29,610 bases of DNA from Rhodothermales bacterium (GCA_040904565.1 JBBDTI010000058.1:1-29610), one strand, 5' to 3'. Shown: positions 1 to 9,429, numbered from the stretch's first letter. Made by a program: numbers and translations. The notes: generated by a model not told the origin, from the letters alone.

Positions 1-23
1 CGTACCATTCTCAGGCCACGGCC

Positions 24-1733
24 ATGCAAACGGAAGCGCACCCCGTGTTGACTAGTCCCCGCTCGGCGGTCGTCCACGTAGCCCTTTTCACGCTCGTCGT
101 ACTGCTTACATCCTGCGCGTCCGTCGAGGACGTCGCCGCCCAGCGCCATGCCGAGGAGCCCGAACCGATTCAGGCAGGCGTGGCTCCCCCTCCCGGACCG
201 TATGCACCCGGCTTCGATGCCGTTCACTACCATATCAGGCTCGTTCTCCCAGATGAGGGGAATTTCATCGAAGGCACGACGACCGGCAGGTTTCGCGTGG
301 TGCCGCCGCAGCGCGATACGCTGTCGCTCGATCTCACCGGACTCGCCGTGACGAACGTGGAGGTAGGCGGACAGGCGGCAGCCTTCCGGCTGGACGCCGG
401 TAAACTGCACGTTAAGATGCCGGCCGGCGTGAAGGTGGGGGACACGCTCGCGGTTGCCGTGGCGTATCGAGGGGAGCCGGACGACGGGCTGATTATCGGA
501 GCCAACCTGCACGGCGAACCGGCGGCGTTCGCCGACAACTGGCCCAACCGGGCACGGTACTGGTTTCCCTCCATCGACCATCCGAGCGATAAGGCTACGG
601 TAACATTCGAGGTGCACGTACCGCCGGCACCCGGCCGCATGGTGATAGCGAACGGCAGGATGGACGCCGGCACGGACGAATCCGTCTGGAGGTGGAGCAA
701 TCCGGAGCCGATACCGACGTATACGATGGTGATCGGCATGGCCGGTTTTGACGTGACGACGGTGGGGGAGGCGTGCGCGGCGGACGTTTGCACGGACGTT
801 ACGACGTGGCTTTTTCCAGCCGATGCGGAGCGAGGTTCCGGCTCGTTTCGCCGGGCAGCACAGATGGTCGAGTTCTACAGTGAACTCATCGCACCGTATC
901 CCTATACGAAGCTGGCGCACGTTCAGTCGTCGACCCGTTTTGGAGGGATGGAAAACGTGACGGCCGTCTTTTATCCGGAAGAAGCCATCTCTGAGGGACG
1001 AAACATCGAGACGACGGTGGCCCATGAGACCGCCCACCAGTGGTTTGGAAATGCCGTCACCGAATCGGACTGGCATCATCTATGGCTGTCGGAAGGGTTT
1101 GCAACGTATTTCGGCGCGCTGTTTTTCGAACGTGCGGACGGTAGGGAGGCCTTCCGTGAGCTCATGGAATCGAACCGGCAGGGATATCTTCGCTCGGGTG
1201 CGGCGTCGGAGCCGATCGTAAATCCGGAACAGCAGAGCCTGTTCGGACTCCTGAATGCAAACAACTATGCCAAGGGAGGATGGGTACTTCACATGCTGCG
1301 ATCGCAGCTCGGCGACGAGGTCTTCTTCGAGGGCATCCGGTCATACTACCGACGGCACGAACATGGTACGGCCCTGACGGACGACCTGCAGGAGGCCATG
1401 GAGGCCGCAGCCGGCCGGTCGCTCGAAACGTTTTTCGAGCAGTGGGTCTTTCGACCGGGCCATCCTCGCCTGGCCGTGGAGTGGTCGTGGCGAGACGGAG
1501 AGGCCGAGGTAGCCGTCCGCCAGACCCAGTCGGCCGAATGGCCGGAATTTCGGTTTCCACTCGACCTTTCCTTCGAGACACCCGACGGCGCGGTACGACA
1601 TACCGTGCAGATTGAGGACGGCGAAGAGCGGTTCGTTCTGGGAGTGCGTTCGGAGCCGAGTGCGCTCGACCTCGATCCCGATGGTGCGATGCTGATGGAG
1701 ATCGAATCGATCGAAGGAGAGGCGTCCAGGTGA
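24..1733 (+). CDS. M1 family zinc aminopeptidase (PepN-like), probable lipoprotein
   Basis: Has the GGMEN exopeptidase motif (GAMEN variant), HEXXH-x18-E (AHETAHQWFGN...WLSEGFA) and YAKGGWVLHMLR. An N-terminal hydrophobic stretch ends in the lipobox-like LTSC. Confidence 0.95.
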   Translation: MQTEAHPVLTSPRSAVVHVALFTLVVLLTSCASVEDVAAQRHAEEPEPIQAGVAPPPGPYAPGFDAVHYHIRLVLPDEGNFIEGTTTGRFRVVPPQRDTLSLDLTGLAVTNVEVGGQAAAFRLDAGKLHVKMPAGVKVGDTLAVAVAYRGEPDDGLIIGANLHGEPAAFADNWPNRARYWFPSIDHPSDKATVTFEVHVPPAPGRMVIANGRMDAGTDESVWRWSNPEPIPTYTMVIGMAGFDVTTVGEACAADVCTDVTTWLFPADAERGSGSFRRAAQMVEFYSELIAPYPYTKLAHVQSSTRFGGMENVTAVFYPEEAISEGRNIETTVAHETAHQWFGNAVTESDWHHLWLSEGFATYFGALFFERADGREAFRELMESNRQGYLRSGAASEPIVNPEQQSLFGLLNANNYAKGGWVLHMLRSQLGDEVFFEGIRSYYRRHEHGTALTDDLQEAMEAAAGRSLETFFEQWVFRPGHPRLAVEWSWRDGEAEVAVRQTQSAEWPEFRFPLDLSFETPDGAVRHTVQIEDGEERFVLGVRSEPSALDLDPDGAMLMEIESIEGEASR

Positions 1734-1862
1734 CGCGGCCGATGCGGATCGACCGTGTACGGTGGGTAACGATTTCGTGCCCTGTGCGTCGAACCTGTAT
1801 GCCGTATCATAAACGAAGATCGGCGTCGGGACAGAGCACAGCTGAATGACGGGCAGCCAGTA

Positions 1863-2468
1863 ATGCATGAGACGATCGTGCCGGAAGGCGGCGCGGCGCC
1901 GCTCGCGGCGCCGCGGTGGCCATCAGCGGCCGCCCGCTTGGTAGCGATCGGGATCGTCATCGTCGCCATGGGTTGTGGCGAACGGCGGGCGATCGACGAC
2001 GCCGTTTCAGACGACGGCGTCGTGGAGGTGGCCCAGCCGTCCTATCCGCCTGGATACGTAGTCTTCGGGGATGACCGGTTCGGGTACTCCTTTGTATATC
2101 CGGACACCCTGCTCGCGCTATCGGCCGAAGATTCCGTAGCCGGCGTCCGCCGCTTCGTTTCTCCCGAGTCGACCGTCGTCCTGACGGCATCCGCCGAACG
2201 TTGGGACTACTCCGAGGCCGTTCCGGCCGCGTTCCGGGAGCGAATTCGCCGCAGGCAGTCGGAGGGCGGCGTCGTCACGTATTCGACCCACCGGGATAGC
2301 TCCTTCGTCGTCAGCGGGACCGTCGACGCGCGGATTTACTATGAGAAGAGCATCTTTTACGACAGCACGAGTGCACGCATCGTCCTGACGTATCCGATCG
2401 GCATGCGATCGGCGATGGACTCCGTCGTCACCCATATCTCGCATTCGTTCGGCGGTCGGATATGGTAG
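1863..2468 (+). CDS. Hypothetical exported (lipo)protein
   Basis: 201-aa ORF co-oriented with its neighbours. A hydrophobic segment is followed by AMGC (lipobox-like). The globular part (RFGYSFVYP...FVSP...VTYS...FVVSG...IYYEK) looks like real protein, but I recognise no function. Start uncertain. Confidence 0.75.
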   Translation: MHETIVPEGGAAPLAAPRWPSAAARLVAIGIVIVAMGCGERRAIDDAVSDDGVVEVAQPSYPPGYVVFGDDRFGYSFVYPDTLLALSAEDSVAGVRRFVSPESTVVLTASAERWDYSEAVPAAFRERIRRRQSEGGVVTYSTHRDSSFVVSGTVDARIYYEKSIFYDSTSARIVLTYPIGMRSAMDSVVTHISHSFGGRIW

Positions 2469-2505
2469 GAGCTCCCCTCGGTCTCAACAATACGCAGGCG
2501 CAGCG

Positions 2506-3486
2506 ATGATTCGAGTGACGGTCGACACGCCGCCCGATTTTCGATTTCGTGCGACGCTGCTGAGCCACGGGTGGGTCCAGCTCGCTCCGTTCGACCACGA
2601 TGAGCGCTTCGACGAACTGGAACGAATCCACCGGTTGCAAGGGGGGCGGCTCGTGCGGCTGACATGTTCGGCCACGCCCGACGACGACCTTCAAGTGGTG
2701 GTCGAGCCGCTCGACGGTCAGACGGCGGCGCCGGACGATACGTCGACACCGTTGGACGATGAATCGGTGACGCTGGACGATAGAGCGGCACAGATCGACG
2801 AAAGACCGGCGGAAGAGATCTCGCGCGCCGTCCGTGACGTGACACGCCGCATCTTCAATCTCGACATCGACCTGACTCCGTTCTACGATCTGCTCGATGG
2901 TATGGATCGGTACGACTGGGTCCGGACGCACGGAGCGGGCCGGCTGCTCCGGGCGGCGTCCGTGTGGGAGGACCTCGCCAAGACCCTCCTCACGACAAAT
3001 ACGTCGTGGGAGATGACGCGTCGGATGGTGGCACGGCTCAACGAGATGGGAGATGGCCGCGGTGGCGAGTACGCCTTTCCGTCAGCCGCCCAGGTCGCCT
3101 CGGTACCCTTTGAGGCGATGGCGGCCCAGGTAGGGGCGGGGTACCGGAATGCCTATCTGTACGAGCTGGCGACGCGCATCGCCGAGGGCGACATCGACGT
3201 CGAAGCCTGGGAACGGTCCGATCTACCCTCTGAAGACCTCTTTCGAGAGCTGCGTTCGCTGTCCGGGTTCGGCCCATATGCCGCCGGCTCGACGCTCAAG
3301 CTGCTTGGCCGCTTCGATTACCTGGCGCTGGACTCGGTTGCCCGATCAACCTATCGAAATGCGTACGGAGATGATGGGCCCGATGCACAGATTCGCAGGC
3401 ACTACGAGCCATACGGACGGTGGCAGGGTCTGGTCATCTGGATGGACGTGATGCGGGCTACACTGCTCGAAAACATGCGTTCGTGA
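2506..3486 (+). CDS. HhH-GPD superfamily DNA glycosylase (AlkA/Ogg-like, probably monofunctional)
   Basis: Ogg-like N-terminus (TLLSHGWVQLAPF), plus FPSAAQVA, GYRNAYL, the helix-hairpin-helix LRSLSGFGPYAA, a conserved Asp in LALDS, and YGRWQG. Tyr rather than Lys at the HhH lyase position suggests no AP-lyase activity. Confidence 0.88.
   Translation: MIRVTVDTPPDFRFRATLLSHGWVQLAPFDHDERFDELERIHRLQGGRLVRLTCSATPDDDLQVVVEPLDGQTAAPDDTSTPLDDESVTLDDRAAQIDERPAEEISRAVRDVTRRIFNLDIDLTPFYDLLDGMDRYDWVRTHGAGRLLRAASVWEDLAKTLLTTNTSWEMTRRMVARLNEMGDGRGGEYAFPSAAQVASVPFEAMAAQVGAGYRNAYLYELATRIAEGDIDVEAWERSDLPSEDLFRELRSLSGFGPYAAGSTLKLLGRFDYLALDSVARSTYRNAYGDDGPDAQIRRHYEPYGRWQGLVIWMDVMRATLLENMRS
2707..2811 (+). repeat. 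Degenerate in-frame 21-bp (7-aa) tandem repeat, 5 units
   Basis: Units are ccgctcgacggtcagacggcg / gcgccggacgatacgtcgaca / ccgttggacgatgaatcggtg / acgctggacgatagagcggca / cagatcgacgaaagaccggcg, encoding PLDGQTA-APDDTST-PLDDESV-TLDDRAA-QIDERPA. Confidence 0.7.
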
Positions 3487-3519
3487 CGCGGTCGCATGGG
3501 GTCCCTCGACGTACCAGGT

Positions 3520-3699
3520 GGAACGTAAATTAATCTGTTTTGAGGGACCAGGCTGCTGCTTTAGAACATTTGCCAGGTTTCTTTGTTACCTTTAATTAAT
3601 CGAAACAATTTAGATAGCTGCGAATGCCGGCGTTTCAGCTTTCAGATAGTACGGAAGGTTGATCGAGTGGCTCAGCGGCTGAAACAGACACTACGAGTT
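3520..3699 (+). promoter_or_regulatory. AT-rich promoter and 5' leader of the cold-shock gene
   Basis: Markedly AT-rich against the GC-rich background (e.g. taaattaatctgtttt, ctttaattaat). Possible extended -10 TGtTACCTT at 3584-3592. Exact elements not established. Confidence 0.5.
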
Positions 3700-3921
3700 A
3701 TGCCCCGCGGAAAAGTTAAGTGGTTCAGCATCGAAAAAGGATTTGGCTTCATCGAGCCTAGCGACGGCAGCAAGGACGTATTCGTCCACCGTAATAACAT
3801 CTCCGGTCTAGGCTGGGATGAAGGCCTTCGTGACGGTGAGGAAGTCGAGTACGACGTTGAACGCACGGACAAAGGACTGAGCGCTACGAACGTCGAGCGC
3901 GTCGAAAGCGACCTGCTCTAA
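3700..3921 (+). CDS. csp: Cold-shock domain protein (CspA family)
   Basis: MPRGKVKWF, RNP1 KGFGFI and RNP2 VFVH. 73 aa from the ATG at 3700; the ORF track's start at 3583 is an upstream extension. Confidence 0.97.
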   Translation: MPRGKVKWFSIEKGFGFIEPSDGSKDVFVHRNNISGLGWDEGLRDGEEVEYDVERTDKGLSATNVERVESDLL

Positions 3922-3945
3922 GCAGTCGTCGAGTATGTTATCACC

Positions 3946-3978
3946 AAAGCCCGGTCGTTCTCGGCCGGGCTTTTTTTT
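3946..3978 (+). terminator. Rho-independent terminator after csp
   Basis: Hairpin AAAGCCCGGTCG-ttct-CGGCCGGGCTTT (one G-U pair) running into a T8 tract. Confidence 0.93.
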
Positions 3979-4007
3979 GTTGTAGGAATTCGCGCGGCGC
4001 TCGCTTG

Positions 4008-5141
4008 ATGACCGGTAGCGTATTGCAGGAGGACGTCGACGTGGCCCGGCGCGTTATACTGGAACACGGGTGGAACGCGACGTGCTATCAGATCCTGAAC
4101 CCAGGTTTCGAGCGGTGGTTTTCGGCGGATCGCGACGCCGTCGTGGGATTTGTACGGCACGGCCGCTACCACGTTGTAGGCGGGGCACCGATCTGTCCCC
4201 CGGAAAGACTGGCCGATGTGGCGGCGGCGTTCGAAGCGTGGACGCGGTCCTGCGGCAAGCGGACGTGTTATTTCGGCGCGGAGGCAAGGCTGGAGCGTAT
4301 GTATCGCGACGACCCGGGTCACGCTGTGATGCTGCTTGGTGGACAACCCTGTCTCGATCCGGGCGACTGGCCGGCGCGAATCGACGCGCACGCATCCCTC
4401 CGCCGGCAGCTGCATCGAGCCGCGAACAAGGGAGTCGTCATTGAGGAATGGGATCCGGATCGCGCTCGGGATCACCCGCAGCTGCGCGCCTGCCTGAAGG
4501 ACTGGCTGGCGACGCGCGGACTGCCGCCGCTCCACTTCTTGATCGAAACGGAAACGTTGCTGCGCGTCTACGATCGCAGGATTTTCGTCGCAGTACGCGA
4601 TGGCGGCGTAATCGCATTTCTTGTTGCGTCACCGATTCCGGCACGTAACGGCTGGCTCGTAGAGCAGCTCGTTCGCGGACACGCCGCCGTAAACGGGACG
4701 TCGGAACTGTTGATCGACGCGGCCCTCCGGGCCGTGGCCTCTACCGGGAGTACCTATGTGTCGCTGGGACTGGCGCCGTTGTCGAACCGTGTCGTGACTC
4801 CTGGGCATGACAATCCCCGCTGGCTGCGATACGTGCTGCGCTGGCTGCGGACGCATGGGACGCGTTCGTATAATTTCGTCGGGCTGGAGGCCTTCAAGGC
4901 CAAGTTCCGTCCCGACCGCTGGGATCCGGTCTATGCGGTCGTGGACCGGTCGGCGATCTATCCGTCGACGCTGTATGCGATCGGATCGGCATTTGCCCAG
5001 GGTTCTCCCGTGCCGCTCCTTGGCCGAGCGCTCTGGAAGACCGTGCGTCGTAAACTGCACGCGTCGGCCGATCAGGTTCGCCGAGTGGGCGGGCCGGCGG
5101 GGGTGGACGAAGAAAGGGCGGGCAAAGAAAGGACCGGCTAA
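4008..5141 (+). CDS. Stand-alone DUF2156 / phosphatidylglycerol lysyltransferase C-terminal (MprF synthase-like) domain protein
   Basis: Motifs VVGGAPIC, LRRQLHRAANKGV, VNGTSELLI, VSLGLAPLS and YNFVGLEAFKAKFRPDRWDPVY are typical of the aminoacyl-tRNA-dependent LPG synthase domain. No membrane flippase domain. Start is TTG 4005 or ATG 4008. Confidence 0.85.
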   Translation: MTGSVLQEDVDVARRVILEHGWNATCYQILNPGFERWFSADRDAVVGFVRHGRYHVVGGAPICPPERLADVAAAFEAWTRSCGKRTCYFGAEARLERMYRDDPGHAVMLLGGQPCLDPGDWPARIDAHASLRRQLHRAANKGVVIEEWDPDRARDHPQLRACLKDWLATRGLPPLHFLIETETLLRVYDRRIFVAVRDGGVIAFLVASPIPARNGWLVEQLVRGHAAVNGTSELLIDAALRAVASTGSTYVSLGLAPLSNRVVTPGHDNPRWLRYVLRWLRTHGTRSYNFVGLEAFKAKFRPDRWDPVYAVVDRSAIYPSTLYAIGSAFAQGSPVPLLGRALWKTVRRKLHASADQVRRVGGPAGVDEERAGKERTG

Positions 5142-5152
5142 GCGCGGGCGGA

Positions 5153-6466
5153 CTAACCGGCATCGGGGAACGCCCAGGGGGCTCGATAGGCCGGGCGGAT
5201 GAGCTGATTGGCGGCACGATTGGCCGCAAACCGGCCCGTATCCTCGTTCCACACGACCCTTGATCGCGTGCGATACGCCACGTTGCCGAGGTGCGCCAGA
5301 AAGGCCGCCGCCCTTCCGTCTTCGACCGTGCATGTCGGTTCTCGGCGCTCGCGGACGGCCTCGATGAAATCGATGGCGTGCGCTTCGTGGTTGCTCCCCA
5401 CGCCCTCGCTGAACGGGACGGATTCCACCAGCGGCGCGCCTTCGCGCTCCTCCGCGATGACCTCCCATCCCGCGCGGTTGACGACGAGTGTTCCGTTATT
5501 ACCGATAAAGGCGATGCCGTAATGCCGGCCATACAGTCCGCGGTCGAGTCCAGCGAGGTGCTCCCACGTGATCGTGTAGTCGCCCATATCGTAGAGCACG
5601 GAGAGCGTGTCGGGTGTTTCGATGGCGCGATCGTGATACGTGTAGATGCCGCCCGAGGCGCTGACCGAACGGGGCGCGGCGTCGATACCCATGGCCCAGA
5701 CCACGATATCGAGCAGATGCACGCCCCAGTCGGTCAGGAGTCCGCCCCCGAAGTCCCACTGGTGGCGCCAGTTGCTATGAAAGCGGCTCGGATTGAACGG
5801 CTGGTCGGGAGCGGGACCGAGCCACATATCGAAATCGACGTGCGCCGGCGGGGGCTGATTCGGTACCCGCGGCTGTCCCTTCCCGTAATCGAAGAATCCC
5901 CAGACCTTGATCTGGCGGATGTCTCCCAGCCGGCCCGACTGCACGAAGTCCACCGCCTCCCGCCAGTGCGCCCCGCTGCGCTGCTGCTGCCCGACCTGGA
6001 CGACCCGCCCGTGTCGACGCGCCGCTGCGACCATGGCATCGAGCTCTCCGATGGAGTTGGCCATCGGCTTTTCGACGTAGACGTCCTTGCCGGCCGAACA
6101 GGCATCCGTCATCTGCAGGCAATGCCAGTGGTCGGGCGTGCCGATGATGACCGCGTCGACGTCCGATCGATCCAGGATCCTCCGGTAGTCGCTGAATGTG
6201 GGAGGGCGCTTTCCCGTCTGATCTTCCACGTCCGCCGCGCGGCCGTCAAGCACGTCCGCGTCGACGTCGCACAGCCCGCCGCAGAGCACGTCCGGCTGCC
6301 TGAGATGATTCGTGAGATCACCGAAGCCCATACCGCGACAGCCGATGAGGGCGACCACGAGGGCTTCATTCGGAGAGGCGCTGGACGTCCGGATCCAGGG
6401 TGCGGCCGCAACCGCGGCCGCCGCCTGTCCGGAACGACGGAGAAAAGAGCGACGGGAAAGAGGCAT
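5153..6466 (-). CDS. Gfo/Idh/MocA family NAD(P)-dependent oxidoreductase, Tat-exported
   Basis: Tat motif SRRSFL after the ATG at 6466. Rossmann ALIGCRGMG, IGTPDHWH, DVYVEKP, QVGQQQRS, FDMWLGPAP and GGGLLTDWGVHLLD. Confidence 0.95.
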   Translation of the reverse strand: MPLSRRSFLRRSGQAAAAVAAAPWIRTSSASPNEALVVALIGCRGMGFGDLTNHLRQPDVLCGGLCDVDADVLDGRAADVEDQTGKRPPTFSDYRRILDRSDVDAVIIGTPDHWHCLQMTDACSAGKDVYVEKPMANSIGELDAMVAAARRHGRVVQVGQQQRSGAHWREAVDFVQSGRLGDIRQIKVWGFFDYGKGQPRVPNQPPPAHVDFDMWLGPAPDQPFNPSRFHSNWRHQWDFGGGLLTDWGVHLLDIVVWAMGIDAAPRSVSASGGIYTYHDRAIETPDTLSVLYDMGDYTITWEHLAGLDRGLYGRHYGIAFIGNNGTLVVNRAGWEVIAEEREGAPLVESVPFSEGVGSNHEAHAIDFIEAVRERREPTCTVEDGRAAAFLAHLGNVAYRTRSRVVWNEDTGRFAANRAANQLIRPAYRAPWAFPDAG

Positions 6467-6586
6467 GTGGAGCTCGCGGTTTGTGAGACATGCGGCCAAG
6501 ATAAGGATCGGACCCATCAATCGAGAACACGTGTCCGAGGCACGTCAGACTTGACGAATCCAGGCGTACAGCTGCATAAAAGGTGG

Positions 6587-6615
6587 TTGATGCCCCTTTC
6601 CGCCCGCGATATATT
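6587..6615 (+). promoter_or_regulatory. Sigma70-like promoter for the large oxidoreductase operon
   Basis: TTGATG-N17-TATATT, ending 33 nt upstream of the ATG at 6649. Confidence 0.55.
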
Positions 6616-6648
6616 ACCCGCAGCCTCGCCTTGATTACTCGGTCGTAT

Positions 6649-9426
6649 ATGCATCGATTTTTCGCTGCTGCCGTCCTGGCGTGCTTCATGAGCATTCCAG
6701 GCGTGCAAGCACAGCAAACCGCATCATCTCCTCCTCCCGGCTCTCCGTATGCGAGCTTCGTAGAGGACGACTTCCCCTTTATCACGACGGCACTCCGGGC
6801 GGGCGAGCTCTCGGATGTCACGCCGGACGATAACTGGAGCGTCCGCGGGATCGTCGTCCAGCTCGGTCACGATACGTATCTTTGTTTCGATCCGGATCTC
6901 TTGAGGATGGCCGTCGCCTGGCAGGGTGAGTTCGTCTCGCTGATGACGATGGCGCAGGTGTCCTATCATCAGCTCGATAAGGGTAACGCGAACCCCCGCG
7001 TTCTGGGCGAACCTCTGGCCGCGACGGGCATGTACGCCGGCTGGATGGCCGATCCTCGCTTCGAGGACCCTCGCCCACCGGGCGACTACCCGGCGGATCC
7101 GGGTAGAGGCCCTCTGCCCGCCTCAATGGGAGCCTACGAGGGGCTGTACGTGCACGGCAACGACGTGGTCTTTTCCTACCGGGTAGGCCGGGCGCATGTC
7201 GACGAGCAGCCCGGCCTGATTCGAGGAGATGTGCAGTCGCTCGTCACGCGAACGTTCCGTATGTCGCGTTCCGACGAGCCGCTGAATCTCGTCACCGCCG
7301 ATGTCGACGGCGCCTCCGTACTCGTGGAATCCCCCGATGAAGTCGTTATCGCCCACGGAGATGGGAACGTGACCGCCGTTTTCTTAGAGGATGCTGCCGG
7401 ACGCCCGGCAGGGTCCAGCGCGATCCGATCGGAATCATCCGGCGGGGGCCTCTTCGTACGGTCGGATCGCTACGTCCTGCTTCGCGTGCCGGCGGCGGAC
7501 GGCGAGCGCCGGTTTCGTGTAGCGATGTGGTCGGGGCCGCGAGACGCCCTCGAGGCGGCGCGCGCCCTCAACGAAACCTCCGTACGTATGGTGGAGGATG
7601 TTCGCGAAGGCGGCCCCGGGCGTTGGCCGGAAGTCGTCGCGACGGGCGTCGAGGTCGCACCCGACACCAACGCGTTCGTCTACGATCACATCGCGTTACC
7701 CGACCCAAATCCCTGGCGGCGCAACGTGCGTCCGGCCGACCTGGCCTTCCTCTCCGACGGGCGTGCGGCCGTGGTGACCTTCGACGGCGACGTATGGATG
7801 GCGCGCGGACTCGCGTCGGAGTCGCCGGTCTGGCGTCGGTTTGCATCCGGACTCTACGAGCCGCTTGCCGTCGAAGTGGTCGCTGATGACGTCTACGTCT
7901 ACGGGCGGGAAGGGATCGTGCGGCTGCACGACGTCAACGGCGACGGCGAAGCGGATTTCTACGAGGCCTTCGCGCCGGGCATCATCCAATCGACCGCCTC
8001 CCGCGAATGGCCGTTCGACCTGGTCGCCCGGCCGGAGGGCGGCTTCTACGTCACGCAGGGAGGTGCCCTCAGCAGTCCAGCAGAACCCGACCGAACCCCT
8101 TTGCTGCCGGGATTCCTGGAAGGATCCCCGCACAATGGCGCGGTTCTCGAGGTTTCACCCGACGGCCGGGAGGTCGCGCGATACGCGACCGGTTTCAGAG
8201 CGCCGTATATCGGCGTACACCCCGAAAGCGGACGGCTCACGGCATCCGACCAGCAGGGGAATTTCGTACCCTCCACGCCGCTGTACGTGGTCGAGCGCGA
8301 TGGATACTACGGCGTGGCGGCGACGGCACATCGGCCCGATCCCCTGCCGCAGGCCCCGCCGCCGCTCACGTGGATTCCCCATCGCGTGGACCCGTCCGGC
8401 ACCAGTCAGGTCTGGATGACGTCCGACGGAAACGGCCCACTAGACGGGGGCCTGGTTCACCTGTCCTACGGCCGGTCCGGCCTCTTCCGCGTGTACGTCG
8501 ACAGCCTGGCGAATCCGGTACAGGGTGCCGTCACGCCGCTCCCCGACGACCGGCTCTCCCCGACGTTGAAGGCGGCACTGCATCCGGTAGACGGCAGGCT
8601 CTACGTCGCCGGCTTCCAGGTCTGGGGCTCCACGGCCGAAAAACTCGCGAGTCTCAGGCGCCTGCGATATACGGGCCGGGAGCACGGCCTGCCCGAGCAC
8701 GTTCGGGCAGGAAAGCAGGGCGTGCTGATTACGTTCGACAAGGCCGTCCAGTCTCCGCGTCCGGATGACGTGACCGTCACCAGATACAACTACCTGCGCA
8801 GCGAGCGGTACGGGTCGGGACACTACCGGCTCGATGGATCGGAAGGCGAAGAAACCCTGCCCGTGGCCGCCGCGCACGTATCGGACGACGGCAGGAACGT
8901 GCTGCTGGTGCTTCCCGACATGCGAGAGGTCATGCAAATGACGGTCGACTACCGCCTCGTCGATCTCGGCGGGACCCCTGTGGAAGGACAGGTCTATCTG
9001 ACGGTCAACGATGCGAGCGGGATTGATCTGTCGCCGTATGGTCTCGCCGGCGTCGACTGGGAAGCCGATCTCGTCGGCGTGTCGGACGAATTCGACAGCG
9101 AAGAAGGGGAGGAGATAGAGGCATCAGCCGTTCGCGGCCGGCACCTGTATCACGAGACCGGGTGCGTCGCCTGCCACAGCAGCGACGGCACGCAAGGCGG
9201 ACGGCTGGGGCCGACGTTCGACGGGCTCTACGGGTCGGAGCGAGAGCTGGCGTCGGGGGAGGTCGTTGGGGTGGACGACGGATACCTCAGGAGGGCCGTC
9301 CTGGACCCTGGAGACGAGGTGGCCGTGGGATTTGAAGGGGAAATGCCGTCTTTTCGCGGTATACTTGGGGATAGCGACATTGAATCCATCATTCTGTTCA
9401 TAAAGACCCTGACGGCGTCGGACTGA
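6649..9426 (+). CDS. Exported multidomain protein: DUF6797-like N-terminal domain, sugar-dehydrogenase-like beta-propeller and C-terminal c-type cytochrome
   Basis: Sec signal MHRFFAAAVLACFMSIPGVQA. FDPDLLRMAVAWQG is DUF6797-like. Propeller motifs WRRFASGLYEPLAV, DVNGDGEADFYE, ATGFRAP and DQQGNFVP. Heme motif CVACH (9163-9177) with GPTFDGLYG and distal Met in GEMPSF. Confidence 0.85.
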   Translation: MHRFFAAAVLACFMSIPGVQAQQTASSPPPGSPYASFVEDDFPFITTALRAGELSDVTPDDNWSVRGIVVQLGHDTYLCFDPDLLRMAVAWQGEFVSLMTMAQVSYHQLDKGNANPRVLGEPLAATGMYAGWMADPRFEDPRPPGDYPADPGRGPLPASMGAYEGLYVHGNDVVFSYRVGRAHVDEQPGLIRGDVQSLVTRTFRMSRSDEPLNLVTADVDGASVLVESPDEVVIAHGDGNVTAVFLEDAAGRPAGSSAIRSESSGGGLFVRSDRYVLLRVPAADGERRFRVAMWSGPRDALEAARALNETSVRMVEDVREGGPGRWPEVVATGVEVAPDTNAFVYDHIALPDPNPWRRNVRPADLAFLSDGRAAVVTFDGDVWMARGLASESPVWRRFASGLYEPLAVEVVADDVYVYGREGIVRLHDVNGDGEADFYEAFAPGIIQSTASREWPFDLVARPEGGFYVTQGGALSSPAEPDRTPLLPGFLEGSPHNGAVLEVSPDGREVARYATGFRAPYIGVHPESGRLTASDQQGNFVPSTPLYVVERDGYYGVAATAHRPDPLPQAPPPLTWIPHRVDPSGTSQVWMTSDGNGPLDGGLVHLSYGRSGLFRVYVDSLANPVQGAVTPLPDDRLSPTLKAALHPVDGRLYVAGFQVWGSTAEKLASLRRLRYTGREHGLPEHVRAGKQGVLITFDKAVQSPRPDDVTVTRYNYLRSERYGSGHYRLDGSEGEETLPVAAAHVSDDGRNVLLVLPDMREVMQMTVDYRLVDLGGTPVEGQVYLTVNDASGIDLSPYGLAGVDWEADLVGVSDEFDSEEGEEIEASAVRGRHLYHETGCVACHSSDGTQGGRLGPTFDGLYGSERELASGEVVGVDDGYLRRAVLDPGDEVAVGFEGEMPSFRGILGDSDIESIILFIKTLTASD

Positions 9427-9429
9427 GGC

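Noticed and set aside
5291-6634. Long antisense ORFs (447 aa here; also 10386-11906, 12476-13636, 17825-18898, 19579-20883, 24303-25469)
   Set aside because: Each mirrors a well-supported gene on the opposite strand and has no recognisable motifs. This is the expected shadow of GC-rich codon usage.
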